Positions 34,347 through 42,901 of a DNA stretch of 64,000 nt are shown here, in pieces; position 1 is the stretch's first letter; every line of letters starts with the position of its first letter. The stretch covers positions 67,374 through 131,373 of the forward strand of contig JBMDXQ010000067.1 of the NCBI GenBank assembly GCA_048594975.1. The letters run 5' to 3'. The notes beneath the pieces are model-generated. The model did not search any database. It saw only the letters and a program-made list of their open reading frames with translations, and was not told the origin of the DNA. The position numbers were made by a program, and so were the translations under genes. Source of the DNA: Vicinamibacterales bacterium (GTDB lineage: Bacteria; Acidobacteriota; Vicinamibacteria; Vicinamibacterales; 2-12-FULL-66-21).

Positions 34347-35654
34347 GTGAAGCGATTGCTATTCGTGTTGTTGGTGCTGGCCGCCGGCCGGGTGACGGTG
34401 GCGGCGCAGGAGATCCCGCTCACGCTCGACGAGGCGGTCGCCCGCGCGGTGAAGGAGAGCCCGCGGGCGGCGGAGCTTCGCGCCCGGGAAGAGGGGTCGC
34501 GTGCGGCAGTCGAGTCGCGCGCCGCTGCGGCGCGCCCGCACCTGTCGGTCCAGGGCGGATACACCCGCACCAACCACGTGCCGATCTTCGCCGTTCCGCG
34601 CGACGGCCGCCTGGTCGTGCTGTACCCCGACGTCCCCGACAACTTCCGCTCGCGCCTCGACGCCACCTGGCCGATCTACACCGGCGGGCGCACCGAGTCG
34701 CTCGTTGCCGCCGCACGGGCCGAGGCCGAGGGGGCGCGGCAGGATCTCGGCGCGGTCGAGGCGGACCTGGCCTTCGAAGCGGCGCGGGCGTACTGGAGCG
34801 CCGTGACCGCGGCCGAGGGCGTCCAGGTCGTCGAACAGTCGCTCGCGCGCCTGGACGTGCACATTCGTGACCTGCGCGTGCGGTTCGACACCGGGTTCAT
34901 CCCGCCGAACGAGGTGCTGACGGCCGAAGCGCAGCGGGCGCGCCAGCAGGTCCTGGTGATCGAGGCGCGCAACGCCGCCGAGCTGGCGCTCGCGGACCTG
35001 CGGCGGCTCGTCGACCTTCCCGCCGGCGTGCCCGTGAAACTGGCGACGCCGCTGACGGCGCCGGGGCTGCCCGCGGCGGCGATCGACGAGCAGATCGCTC
35101 AGGCGAAAGCCGCGCGGCCGGAGCGCTCCGCGCTCGTGCATCGCATCGAGGCAGCCGCCGCGCGCGTGCAGGCCGCCGGATCCTCGAGTCGTCCCGCGGT
35201 CGCGATCGCCGGCGGCTTCGACTACAGCCGGCCGAACCCGCGCTTCTTCCCGCGCGTCGATACGTGGCAGGACTCGTGGGACGTGTCGGTCCACGCCTCG
35301 TGGTCGCTCTGGGACGGCGGGCGGCGTGTGGCGGAGGTGGCGGAAGCGTCCGCCGCCGAACGATCGCTGCGCGCCCGGCTCGAGGAGTTCGACAGCGTCG
35401 TCGCGCTCGACGTGCGCCAGCGCCGGCTCGATCTCGAAGCGGGCATCGCCGCCGCTGGCGCCGCCGCGGAGGGGGTGCGCAGCGGTGCGGAGGCCCGCCG
35501 CGTGGTGGACGAGCGCTTCGCCGCCGGGGTCGCAACCAGCACGGAGCTGCTCGACGCGCAGGTCGCGCTCCTGCAGGCGGAGCTCGATCGCACGCGCGCG
35601 CTCGCCGGCGCGCGCATCGCCGAGGCGCGATTGCGGCGCGCGCTCGGCCAGTGA
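34347..35654 (+). CDS. TolC-family outer-membrane efflux protein
   Basis: 435 aa with a signal peptide. The two OEP repeats include LTLDEAVARAV, RPHLSVQGGYTR and the coiled-coil pattern ...ELLDAQVALLQAELDR. Confidence 0.85.
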   Translation: MKRLLFVLLVLAAGRVTVAAQEIPLTLDEAVARAVKESPRAAELRAREEGSRAAVESRAAAARPHLSVQGGYTRTNHVPIFAVPRDGRLVVLYPDVPDNFRSRLDATWPIYTGGRTESLVAAARAEAEGARQDLGAVEADLAFEAARAYWSAVTAAEGVQVVEQSLARLDVHIRDLRVRFDTGFIPPNEVLTAEAQRARQQVLVIEARNAAELALADLRRLVDLPAGVPVKLATPLTAPGLPAAAIDEQIAQAKAARPERSALVHRIEAAAARVQAAGSSSRPAVAIAGGFDYSRPNPRFFPRVDTWQDSWDVSVHASWSLWDGGRRVAEVAEASAAERSLRARLEEFDSVVALDVRQRRLDLEAGIAAAGAAAEGVRSGAEARRVVDERFAAGVATSTELLDAQVALLQAELDRTRALAGARIAEARLRRALGQ

Positions 35655-35721
35655 ACGCTGCCCGCAGGCCGGAACACCCGCGCGACGACCGCCGGCGCTC
35701 CTTCAGGTCGGCCCGACGACG

Positions 35722-36669
35722 ATGAATGCCATCGAGGTCAGAGATCTGACGCGCCGCTTCGGCAAGTTCGTGGCCGTCGACCGCGTGAGCTTCGACGTCC
35801 GCGAAGGGGAGATCTTCGGCTTCCTGGGCAGCAACGGCGCCGGCAAGTCGACGACGATTCGGATGCTCTGCGGGCTGCTGCAGCCGACCTCGGGCGCGGC
35901 GCGCGTCGGCGGCGTCGACGTCCGCCGCGACCCCGAGTCGGTGAAGCGACGCATCGGCTACATGTCGCAGCGATTCTCGCTCTACGAGCTGCTCACCGTC
36001 GGGCAGAACATCGCCTTCTTCGCCGGGCTCTACGGGCTGCGCGGCGAGCGGCTCGCGGCGCGCCGCCGCTTCGTGCTCGACATGGCGGGGCTGCAGGGAC
36101 GCGAGGACGTGCTGACGCGCGACCTCTCGGGCGGCTGGAAGCAGCGGCTGGCGCTCGGCTGCGCCATTCTCCACGAGCCGCCGATCCTCTTCCTCGACGA
36201 GCCCACCGGCGGCGTCGACCCGATCTCGCGCCGCGAGTTCTGGCAGTTCATCGACGGCCTCGCGAGCGGCGGCGTGACCGTGCTGGTGACCACCCACTAC
36301 CTGGACGAGGCGGAGCGCTGCCAGCGCGTCGCGCTGATGCACCGCGGGCGCATCGCCGCGCTCGGGACGGTGGCCGAGGTCAAGCGTGTATTCCGCGACC
36401 GCGCCATCGTCGAGATCCGCGCCGACGATCCGGTCCGGGCCATGCGCGAGCTCGACGCGATGCCGGAGGTCGAGAAGACGAGTCTGTTCGGCACCGCCGT
36501 CCACGCGATGGTCGCGCGCGGGACCGCGACCACACGGTCGCTCTCGGATCGGCTGCGCGCCGCTGGCATCGCCGTCACCTCCGAGGCCCGGGTAGAGCCT
36601 TCGCTCGAAGACGTGTTCCTCGACGTCGTCGAGCGCAGCGAGCGGGAAGCGGCCGAGGGGGCGGCATGA
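35722..36669 (+). CDS. ABC transporter ATP-binding protein (ABC-2 type), second of two
   Basis: Walker A is GSNGAGKSTTIRML, the signature is LSGGWKQRLALGCAI, and Walker B is LFLDEPTGGVDP. Confidence 0.9.
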   Translation: MNAIEVRDLTRRFGKFVAVDRVSFDVREGEIFGFLGSNGAGKSTTIRMLCGLLQPTSGAARVGGVDVRRDPESVKRRIGYMSQRFSLYELLTVGQNIAFFAGLYGLRGERLAARRRFVLDMAGLQGREDVLTRDLSGGWKQRLALGCAILHEPPILFLDEPTGGVDPISRREFWQFIDGLASGGVTVLVTTHYLDEAERCQRVALMHRGRIAALGTVAEVKRVFRDRAIVEIRADDPVRAMRELDAMPEVEKTSLFGTAVHAMVARGTATTRSLSDRLRAAGIAVTSEARVEPSLEDVFLDVVERSEREAAEGAA

Positions 36670-37769
36670 ACAAAGCGCTCGCCGTCGGCCGCAAGGAGCT
36701 GCGCCAGATCGTGCGCGACCGGCGCACGCTGATGATCCTGCTGTTCTTCCCGGCGTTCGTGCTGGTGATGTTCGGCTACGCGCTGAACTTCGACATCCGC
36801 AACGTCGCGCTCGCCGCCGACGACCGCGACGGGTCGAGCGAGAGCCGTGAGGTGGTCTCGGCGTTCGTGAACTCCGGCTACTTCGAGTTCGTGGCAGCGG
36901 CGCGCACACCGGCCGAGGTCGAGCGGCTGATGGACACCAACGAGATCCGCACCGTCCTGGTGATCCCCGAGGGCTTCGGGCGGCGCGTGCGCGCGGGCGA
37001 GACGGCGGAGATCCAGGTGCTCATCAACGGCGACAACGCCAATACCGCGCTGACCGTCCTCGGCTACGCGACCGCCATCCTGCAGTCGCTCTCCGCGCAG
37101 TACCGCCTGGTGGCGGTCACGCCGCCGGTGACGGTCGAGCCGCGCATCTGGTACAACCCGGAGCTGCGCAGCAGCCTCTTCCTGGTGCCCGGGCTGATCG
37201 CCTACATCGCCATGCTCACCGCGATGATCGCCACCGCGCTGTCGGTCGTGCGCGAGAAGGAGCACGGGACCATGGAGCAGGTGAGGATGGCGCCGCTGAG
37301 CACGCCGCAGTTCATCGTCGGCAAGACGATCCCCTACCTGGTCATCTCGCTCGCATCGTCGATCCTCATCCTGGTCACGTCGCGCATCCTCTTCGGCCTG
37401 CCGATGCGCGGTTCGTGGTGGCTGCTGCTGTTCGCCATCACGCTGTTCCTGGTCGGCGCGCTCGGCACCGGGCTGTTCGTGTCGACCATCGCGGAGACGC
37501 AGGTGGTGGCGTTCCAGATGGCGCTCATTCTCGCCTTCCTGCCCACCTTCGTCCTCTCCGGCTTCATCTTCCCGATCGCCAACATGCCGCCGCCCATCCA
37601 GCTGGTCACCTACGCCATCCCGGCGCGCTACTTCCTCGTCGCGCTGCGCGGCATCGTGCTCAAGGGGGTGGACGCGCCGCTCATCGCAACGCAGCTGTGG
37701 GCGCTCGCGGCCTATTCGTTCGTGGTGCTGGCGCTGGCATCGATCAGGCTGAAGCGGAGCTGGGTCTGA
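36666..37769 (+). CDS. ABC-2 type transporter permease (YbhS/YbhR-like)
   Basis: 367 aa with an N-terminal TM, a large periplasmic loop and a C-terminal block of five TM helices. The ATGA overlaps the ATPase stop. Confidence 0.85.
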   Translation: MNKALAVGRKELRQIVRDRRTLMILLFFPAFVLVMFGYALNFDIRNVALAADDRDGSSESREVVSAFVNSGYFEFVAAARTPAEVERLMDTNEIRTVLVIPEGFGRRVRAGETAEIQVLINGDNANTALTVLGYATAILQSLSAQYRLVAVTPPVTVEPRIWYNPELRSSLFLVPGLIAYIAMLTAMIATALSVVREKEHGTMEQVRMAPLSTPQFIVGKTIPYLVISLASSILILVTSRILFGLPMRGSWWLLLFAITLFLVGALGTGLFVSTIAETQVVAFQMALILAFLPTFVLSGFIFPIANMPPPIQLVTYAIPARYFLVALRGIVLKGVDAPLIATQLWALAAYSFVVLALASIRLKRSWV

Positions 37770-37771
37770 CG

Positions 37772-38878
37772 ATGTGGTCGATCTTCCGCAAGGAGTTCCT
37801 CGAGCTGCGACAGAACCCGCGCATCTTCGGGATCGTCATCGTTGCGCCGATCATCCAGCTGACCATCCTCGGCTACGCGGCCAACACCGACGTGCGCAAC
37901 GTGCCGGTCGTCTTCGCCGACGGCAGCCGCACCGCGCTGAGTCGCACGCTCATCGCGCGCTTCGAGGGATCCCCGTACTTCGACGTGCTCGACACGGTGA
38001 CCACGGTCGAGGAGGTCGACGCGTACATCGAAGGCGGTGAGGCCTGGCTGGCGATCGCCATCCCGGCGGACTACGAGGAGCGGATCGCCGAGGGAGGAAC
38101 GGCGCGGCTGCAGCTGGTGGCCGACGGCAGCGACGCCAATTCGGTCACTATGGCGCTCGGCTACGCGTCGAACCTGGTGGCCGCGCACGCCGGCGAGCTG
38201 CTCGAGCAGCGCGCGCCGGGCGGATCAGCCGGCGCCCTCGACGCCCGGATACGCGTGTGGTTCAACCCGCAGCTCCTGAGCCGCGATTTCTTCATCCCCG
38301 GCGTGCTCGCGCTCCTGCTGCTCGTGGTCACTTCCAACCTGTCGTCGATGGCCATCGTCCGCGAGCGCGAGGTGGGCACGTACGAGCAGCTGAGCGTCAC
38401 GCCGCTCTCGCGCTGGGGGCTCATTGTCGGCAAGCTGCTGCCCTACGGCCTCATCGGGATGATCGACGTGTTCCTGGTCATCGCCGTGGCGGTGCTGTGG
38501 TTCGAGATCCCGGTGCGGGGCAGCGCCCTGCTGCTCATCGCGATGTCAGCCGTCTACCTGCTGGCCACGCTGAGCCTCGGCCTGCTCGTCTCGACGATGT
38601 CGCAGACCCAGCAGCAGGCGATGATGACGACGGTGTTCGTGTTCCTGATGCCGATGATCTACCTGTCAGGTTTCATCTTCCCGATCGAGAACATGCCGTA
38701 CGTCATCCAGCTGGTGACCTACCTGATTCCGCTGCGCTACTTCCTCGTCATCGTCCGCGGCATCTTCCTGAAGGGTGTCGGGATGGAGGTGCTGTGGCCG
38801 CAGGCGGCCGCGCTGGCGGCGTGGGGGCTGGTCGTGCTGTCGCTGGCGATCATGCGCAGCCGGAAGACGATGGCGTAA
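37772..38878 (+). CDS. ABC-2 type transporter permease (paralogue of previous gene)
   Basis: Starts MWSIFRKEFLELRQNPRIFGIVIVAPIIQL and has the same architecture as the previous gene. It begins 2 nt after the previous stop. Confidence 0.85.
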   Translation: MWSIFRKEFLELRQNPRIFGIVIVAPIIQLTILGYAANTDVRNVPVVFADGSRTALSRTLIARFEGSPYFDVLDTVTTVEEVDAYIEGGEAWLAIAIPADYEERIAEGGTARLQLVADGSDANSVTMALGYASNLVAAHAGELLEQRAPGGSAGALDARIRVWFNPQLLSRDFFIPGVLALLLLVVTSNLSSMAIVREREVGTYEQLSVTPLSRWGLIVGKLLPYGLIGMIDVFLVIAVAVLWFEIPVRGSALLLIAMSAVYLLATLSLGLLVSTMSQTQQQAMMTTVFVFLMPMIYLSGFIFPIENMPYVIQLVTYLIPLRYFLVIVRGIFLKGVGMEVLWPQAAALAAWGLVVLSLAIMRSRKTMA

Positions 38879-38932
38879 CCTCGGGGCTGGGCGCTCGGGG
38901 CTCGCTCGAATGTTCGAGGGCTCGGCCGAGAA
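38879..38932. repeat. GCTCGGG-type short-period repeats around palindrome CTCGAA-tg-TTCGAG
   Basis: The sequence is CCTCGGGGCTGGGCGCTCGGGGCTCGCTCGAATGTTCGAGGGCTCGGCCGAG, with the palindrome at 38905-38918. It resembles the CTCGGGN units at 12050-12130. Confidence 0.5.
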
Positions 38933-39116
38933 CGGATCGCGGCTGAGCGAAGCGAGCGCAAAGGAAGCGCATGAGAGCCTTCAGCCGGGCAGTGTCCAGG
39001 GTGGGGCCTCGGCGCACAAACGGAGCTGTGCCCCACGCGCACCAAGAAAAGGCTGCAGCGAGGCGTCAGGCCCGCCGGCCTTGGCGGGGGCCACCGTCGG
39101 GAGAGGGAATCGCAGC

Positions 39117-39728
39117 ATGCGCCCCATCAGCGGTTTCGAGCGTCCGGTGGTGCAGTGGGTCTTCGTCGGGCTGAGCCTGGTGCTGATCGCCTCGGCCGGC
39201 GGTGCCGCGTGGGCAGCGCGGCGAGCGAACGCGACCGCGGCGGCGCTCCGCGCGGCGGAGGAAGGGGGCCGGCTGGAACGGCAGCACCTCGAGGCGCAGC
39301 TCGCCCGCGAACGCTCGACACGGGAGGCGCTGTCGCTGGAGCTCGCCCGGCAGCGCGAGACCGGCGGGGGGCCCGCGCGCGTCATGCCGACGCTGACCCT
39401 GACGCCGGTCGGGACGCGGGGCCACACGCCGCCGCAGCCGACGGTCACCACCCAGCACGCCACGCAGCTGATCGAGTTGCGGCTGATGCTTCCCCCGGGC
39501 GCGGACCGCTATGCCCGGTTCGAGGTGGTGCTGCGCGACTGGTCGACGGGGGACCTCGCCTGGTCGCGCGGCGGCCTGGGCGCCGGCACCATCGATCGGC
39601 AGCGCATGCTCAGCACCTTCGTCACCGGCGACGTCTTCCGCGCGACCGCCTACGAGCTGCTCGTCTCGGGGATCACCGGGAATGGGCAGCGCCGCGAAGT
39701 CGCCTCGTACGAAGTCGCGTTCAGATAG
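39117..39728 (+). CDS. hypothetical membrane-anchored protein (203 aa)
   Basis: Has an N-terminal TM (VVQWVFVGLSLVLIASAGG), a coiled-coil and a beta-rich C-terminal domain. GGGAGAGGG lies upstream of ATG 39117. Confidence 0.45.
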   Translation: MRPISGFERPVVQWVFVGLSLVLIASAGGAAWAARRANATAAALRAAEEGGRLERQHLEAQLARERSTREALSLELARQRETGGGPARVMPTLTLTPVGTRGHTPPQPTVTTQHATQLIELRLMLPPGADRYARFEVVLRDWSTGDLAWSRGGLGAGTIDRQRMLSTFVTGDVFRATAYELLVSGITGNGQRREVASYEVAFR

Positions 39729-39734
39729 CGCGGC

Positions 39735-41477
39735 TCAGTACCTCCAGCTTTTCACGTCGGCGCCGGGCGGCGCCGTCTTCAGCATCCGCTCGATCGCCTT
39801 CGGAATGAACATCTGGTGATACCGCAGCCGGGACAGGGCGTTCGGCCGGGTGTGATCGCCGTTCCAGCAGTGCTCTGCGCGGTCTCCATAGTCCACCTCG
39901 CCGCCGTAGTGAGGATTCTTCGTCGCCTCGAGGAAGTCCTCGACGAGGTACACCGCGTTGTTCAGGTAGTAGTTATCCATGTCGCCGACGTAGATGTGGA
40001 GCTTGCCTTCGAGCTTCTTTCCCAGCCCCTTCTCCCAGTCGCGGCGCAGGATGTGCGAGAGGTCGTAGTTGCCGCGCCAGAACTCGGCGACCGAGCGATC
40101 GATGACGCCGGTGCGCTTGTCCCAGATCCGCTGTGGGTAACCGTCAGGTCCGACGGGCGAGTAGACGGCTTCCCAGATGTCCCACTGCTGGCCGGATCGG
40201 GTCTTCGTGCCGAGCACCAGTTCGAGCCGGTTCATCTCCTCGAGGGTGGCGTCGACGTGGCCCAGGTAGTTTCGACGGCCCGGTCGCGGCGTCTTCTTCC
40301 ACGTGTCATCCAGGTAGTAGGCGCTCCTGTCGGTGTAGATGTCCACCACGGTGAACGCCCGGAAATCGATCGGGTCCGGGCATGCGATATAGGCGCCGTT
40401 GAACTCTTCCGGGTAGAAGACCTGCGCGGCCATCGCTTCCCAACCGCCTGTGGACCCGCCGTACATGAACCGCGCCCATCCCTGTCCGATGGCGCGGTAC
40501 TTCTTCTCGAGGTAGGGCAGCAACTCCTTGACGATGGCGTCGCCGTACGGTCCGACGTTCTGCGAGTTGACCGCGTAGGAGTCGTCGTAGAACGGGTTGG
40601 CGTGCTGGATCTCGATCACGATCACCCGCGGGAACGCGGGCCCGGTCCACTCCTTGAAGAGCTGGTGCGCGTGCTCCTGCTGCATGCGGTTGTAGCCCTT
40701 CAGCCGGAAGCGTGCCGAGAAGTCGGGGACGAGATTGGGATCCGGTGGCTCCTCCCTGAAACCGCCGAACGTGTGCGGGAAGTGGCCGTGGTTGATGAAG
40801 AGCGGATACCGTGCGTCGGGATGCGTGTCCCAGCCCTCGGGCAGCAGCACGTTGGCGCCGAGGTGCATCGGACGGCCCCAGAACCTGGTCAGCAGTTGGC
40901 TCTGGATTCGCTCGTGGCGGATGTACCTCGTGTCCATCGGCGGGGGAATCGGTGGAATCGTCCGGTCGAGGGTGAGCGCGATCGTCCCGGCCCGCGGTCC
41001 GAGCGCGATCCGCACGGGAGTCGAGTACAGGTTGCCCGGTGCCCGCGCCCACTGCTGGCCCTCGCCACGGTCCATCGGCATCTTCACCGTATGCCCGTCG
41101 CCGCGACGGAATGTCTCGTACTTGTGAAGCAGCGCCTGTACCGTGTACGTGGCGGGCGGGATGTCAGTGACGCGGTCCGGGGGGAAACCTGGAACGGAGC
41201 CGTCGATTGTCGCGGTCGTGCCCGGCTTCCAGGCCTCGACGTCGATGCCGAAGACGGGTTGGCCAGACGGCCCGTCGTTCACCTGGAACCGCGGCTCGGT
41301 CCCTTCGACCCTGGAGACGACTACCAGCAGCCGGCCGTCGAGCGGCACGTCGCCGGCCGACGGCGGCAGCGCGACCGTGAAGCGCAGCGGCCCGGGCTGC
41401 GCGGGCTGCCGTCCGGCGGCGGCGAACGATGCGGCAAGCGCGAGCGCGCTGAGGCCGGCGAGAAGATGGCGAGGCAT
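39735..41477 (-). CDS. secreted alpha/beta-hydrolase (esterase-like) protein
   Basis: Signal peptide MPRHLLAGLSALALAASFAAAG. The stretch FMYGGSTGGWEAMA carries the GxSxG nucleophile elbow. ATG 41477 is chosen; the 812-aa track ORF is read-through across the next gene. Confidence 0.6.
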   Translation of the reverse strand: MPRHLLAGLSALALAASFAAAGRQPAQPGPLRFTVALPPSAGDVPLDGRLLVVVSRVEGTEPRFQVNDGPSGQPVFGIDVEAWKPGTTATIDGSVPGFPPDRVTDIPPATYTVQALLHKYETFRRGDGHTVKMPMDRGEGQQWARAPGNLYSTPVRIALGPRAGTIALTLDRTIPPIPPPMDTRYIRHERIQSQLLTRFWGRPMHLGANVLLPEGWDTHPDARYPLFINHGHFPHTFGGFREEPPDPNLVPDFSARFRLKGYNRMQQEHAHQLFKEWTGPAFPRVIVIEIQHANPFYDDSYAVNSQNVGPYGDAIVKELLPYLEKKYRAIGQGWARFMYGGSTGGWEAMAAQVFYPEEFNGAYIACPDPIDFRAFTVVDIYTDRSAYYLDDTWKKTPRPGRRNYLGHVDATLEEMNRLELVLGTKTRSGQQWDIWEAVYSPVGPDGYPQRIWDKRTGVIDRSVAEFWRGNYDLSHILRRDWEKGLGKKLEGKLHIYVGDMDNYYLNNAVYLVEDFLEATKNPHYGGEVDYGDRAEHCWNGDHTRPNALSRLRYHQMFIPKAIERMLKTAPPGADVKSWRY

Positions 41478-41515
41478 GGCCGCGAGTGTAGCGCAACTGG
41501 CACGGCACGAAACGC

Positions 41516-42214
41516 TTACGTCCGTGCCGCGGCGATGAACCGTGCCGCGAACTCCGGGCCGAGCCCCTGCTCCTCGTGCTTGAAGTAAACGAACGCGTCG
41601 GTCACCGGGAGCCCGCGCACCACCTTCGCCCAGCGCTCCAGGTCGGCCTGCTGATACCCCTCGTCGCGCAGCCGGCAGTACGCGTAATCGGCCGTCGTCT
41701 CGATCGGCGTCGAAAGCTTCTCGCTGTCGGCGATGCACAACGCGAGGTTGCGGTTCCGCAGAACATCGTACACCGCCGGGTCGAACCAGGAGGCGTGGCG
41801 GAACTCGAAGGCAGCGCGCAGGCCTTCGGAAATCCCCTCGACGAAGCTGCGCAGCACGTCGACGTCTTGCTTGAAGGTGGGCGGCAGCTGGAAGAGCAGC
41901 GCGGCGAGCTTCGGGCCGAGCGTCCGCGCGGTGCGGCAGAAGGCCTGCAGCGCGTCCTCGCAATGACGGAGCTTCGCGTCGTGGGTGATGCGGCGCGGCG
42001 CCTTCAACGTGAACGAGAAATGCTCGGGCGTCGCACCCGCCCACGCCGCGAGCTGCTTCTCGGTCGGCATGCGGTAGAACGTGTAGTTGATCTCGACCGT
42101 CGGCAGCCGCTCGGCATAGTAGGCCAGCATCTTGTCGGTGCTGAACCTCTCCGGGTAGAACGTCCCGCGCCACTCGGGGTAGTTGTAGCCGGAGGTGCCT
42201 ACCAGGATCTGCAT
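41516..42214 (-). CDS. DUF72 (UPF0759) family protein
   Basis: Starts MQILVGTSGYNYPEWRGTFYPE...VEINYTFYRMP, the characteristic DUF72 N-terminus. Confidence 0.85.
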   Translation of the reverse strand: MQILVGTSGYNYPEWRGTFYPERFSTDKMLAYYAERLPTVEINYTFYRMPTEKQLAAWAGATPEHFSFTLKAPRRITHDAKLRHCEDALQAFCRTARTLGPKLAALLFQLPPTFKQDVDVLRSFVEGISEGLRAAFEFRHASWFDPAVYDVLRNRNLALCIADSEKLSTPIETTADYAYCRLRDEGYQQADLERWAKVVRGLPVTDAFVYFKHEEQGLGPEFAARFIAAART

Positions 42215-42216
42215 CG

Positions 42217-42901
42217 TGTCAATGCTGAATGCTGAATGCCGAATGCTGAACGCCGAATGCGTCGGTCAGTGTAGCAGGAACTGCGTGCTCTTCTTCCGGC
42301 GATCGTGCAGTTCCTGTGCACAGGGAGGCGCGGACCAGCCTCAGTCAACAGGGTGGCTGCACGAGACGTGCGTTACTGCAGACATGTCTCCGCCGTACGA
42401 TATCCAGGCGCGTGCCTTCGAGTTCGCTGTGCAGGTCGTTTTGCTCTTCCAACAGCTACCGACGGCCGATGAGAGCACATGCATCCTCGTCAGACAGCTG
42501 CTGGATGCGGCAACATCCGTCGGCGCCAACCTCGACGAGACTGACGGGGGGCACACAAAGCCGGACGTCCGGGCGAAACTCGCCACCGCTCGGAAGGAGG
42601 CGAAGAAGAGCGTCTAGGCTTCGGCTGATCGCCGCGACGGACGCGCCATTCCGTGCGCGCGTCGTGCCACTGCTCGCCGCGGCCAATCAGATTGCGTCCA
42701 TCATCACGGCCATCAAGCGGAATCCGAGAGGAACAACCATCGCGGTGGCGTTGGAGTGCAGGCACTCCGGGACGCCGACCGCCCGTCGGCATCGGCATTC
42801 GGCTCATTCAGCATTCGTATTCAGCATTCAGCATTATTCAGCATTCGCATTCCGCATTCGCATTCCATTCGGCATTCGTCATTCAGCATTCGGCATTGAC
42901 A
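42217..42901. mobile_element. composite inverted-repeat cassette: GCATTCR-heptamer arms (42217-42260 and 42795-42901) enclosing a four-helix-bundle protein gene
   Basis: The left end is TGTCAATGCTGAATGCTGAATGCCGAATGC.... The right end is ...GCATTCGTCATTCAGCATTCGGCATTGACA, with about 15 units. The termini match those of the gene-less copies elsewhere in the window. Mobility itself is inferred, not shown. Confidence 0.45.
42384..42726 (+). pseudogene. four-helix-bundle protein (23S rRNA intervening-sequence protein / Avd-like family), apparent +1 frameshift
   Basis: Frame A reads MSPPYDIQARAFEFAVQVVLLFQQLP...ILVRQLLDAATSVGANLDE...KLATARKEAKKSV and stops at 42615-42617. The family-typical continuation ...RLRLIAATDAPF...LLAAANQIASIITAIKRN is in the +1 frame. 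The switch falls in the GAAGAAGAG run near 42603-42612. Confidence 0.7.

Noticed and set aside
42795-42901. Heptamer arrays as CRISPR arrays
   Set aside because: The units are 7 nt with no spacers, the arrays are 30-110 nt, they occur as inverted arms, and no cas genes are present.
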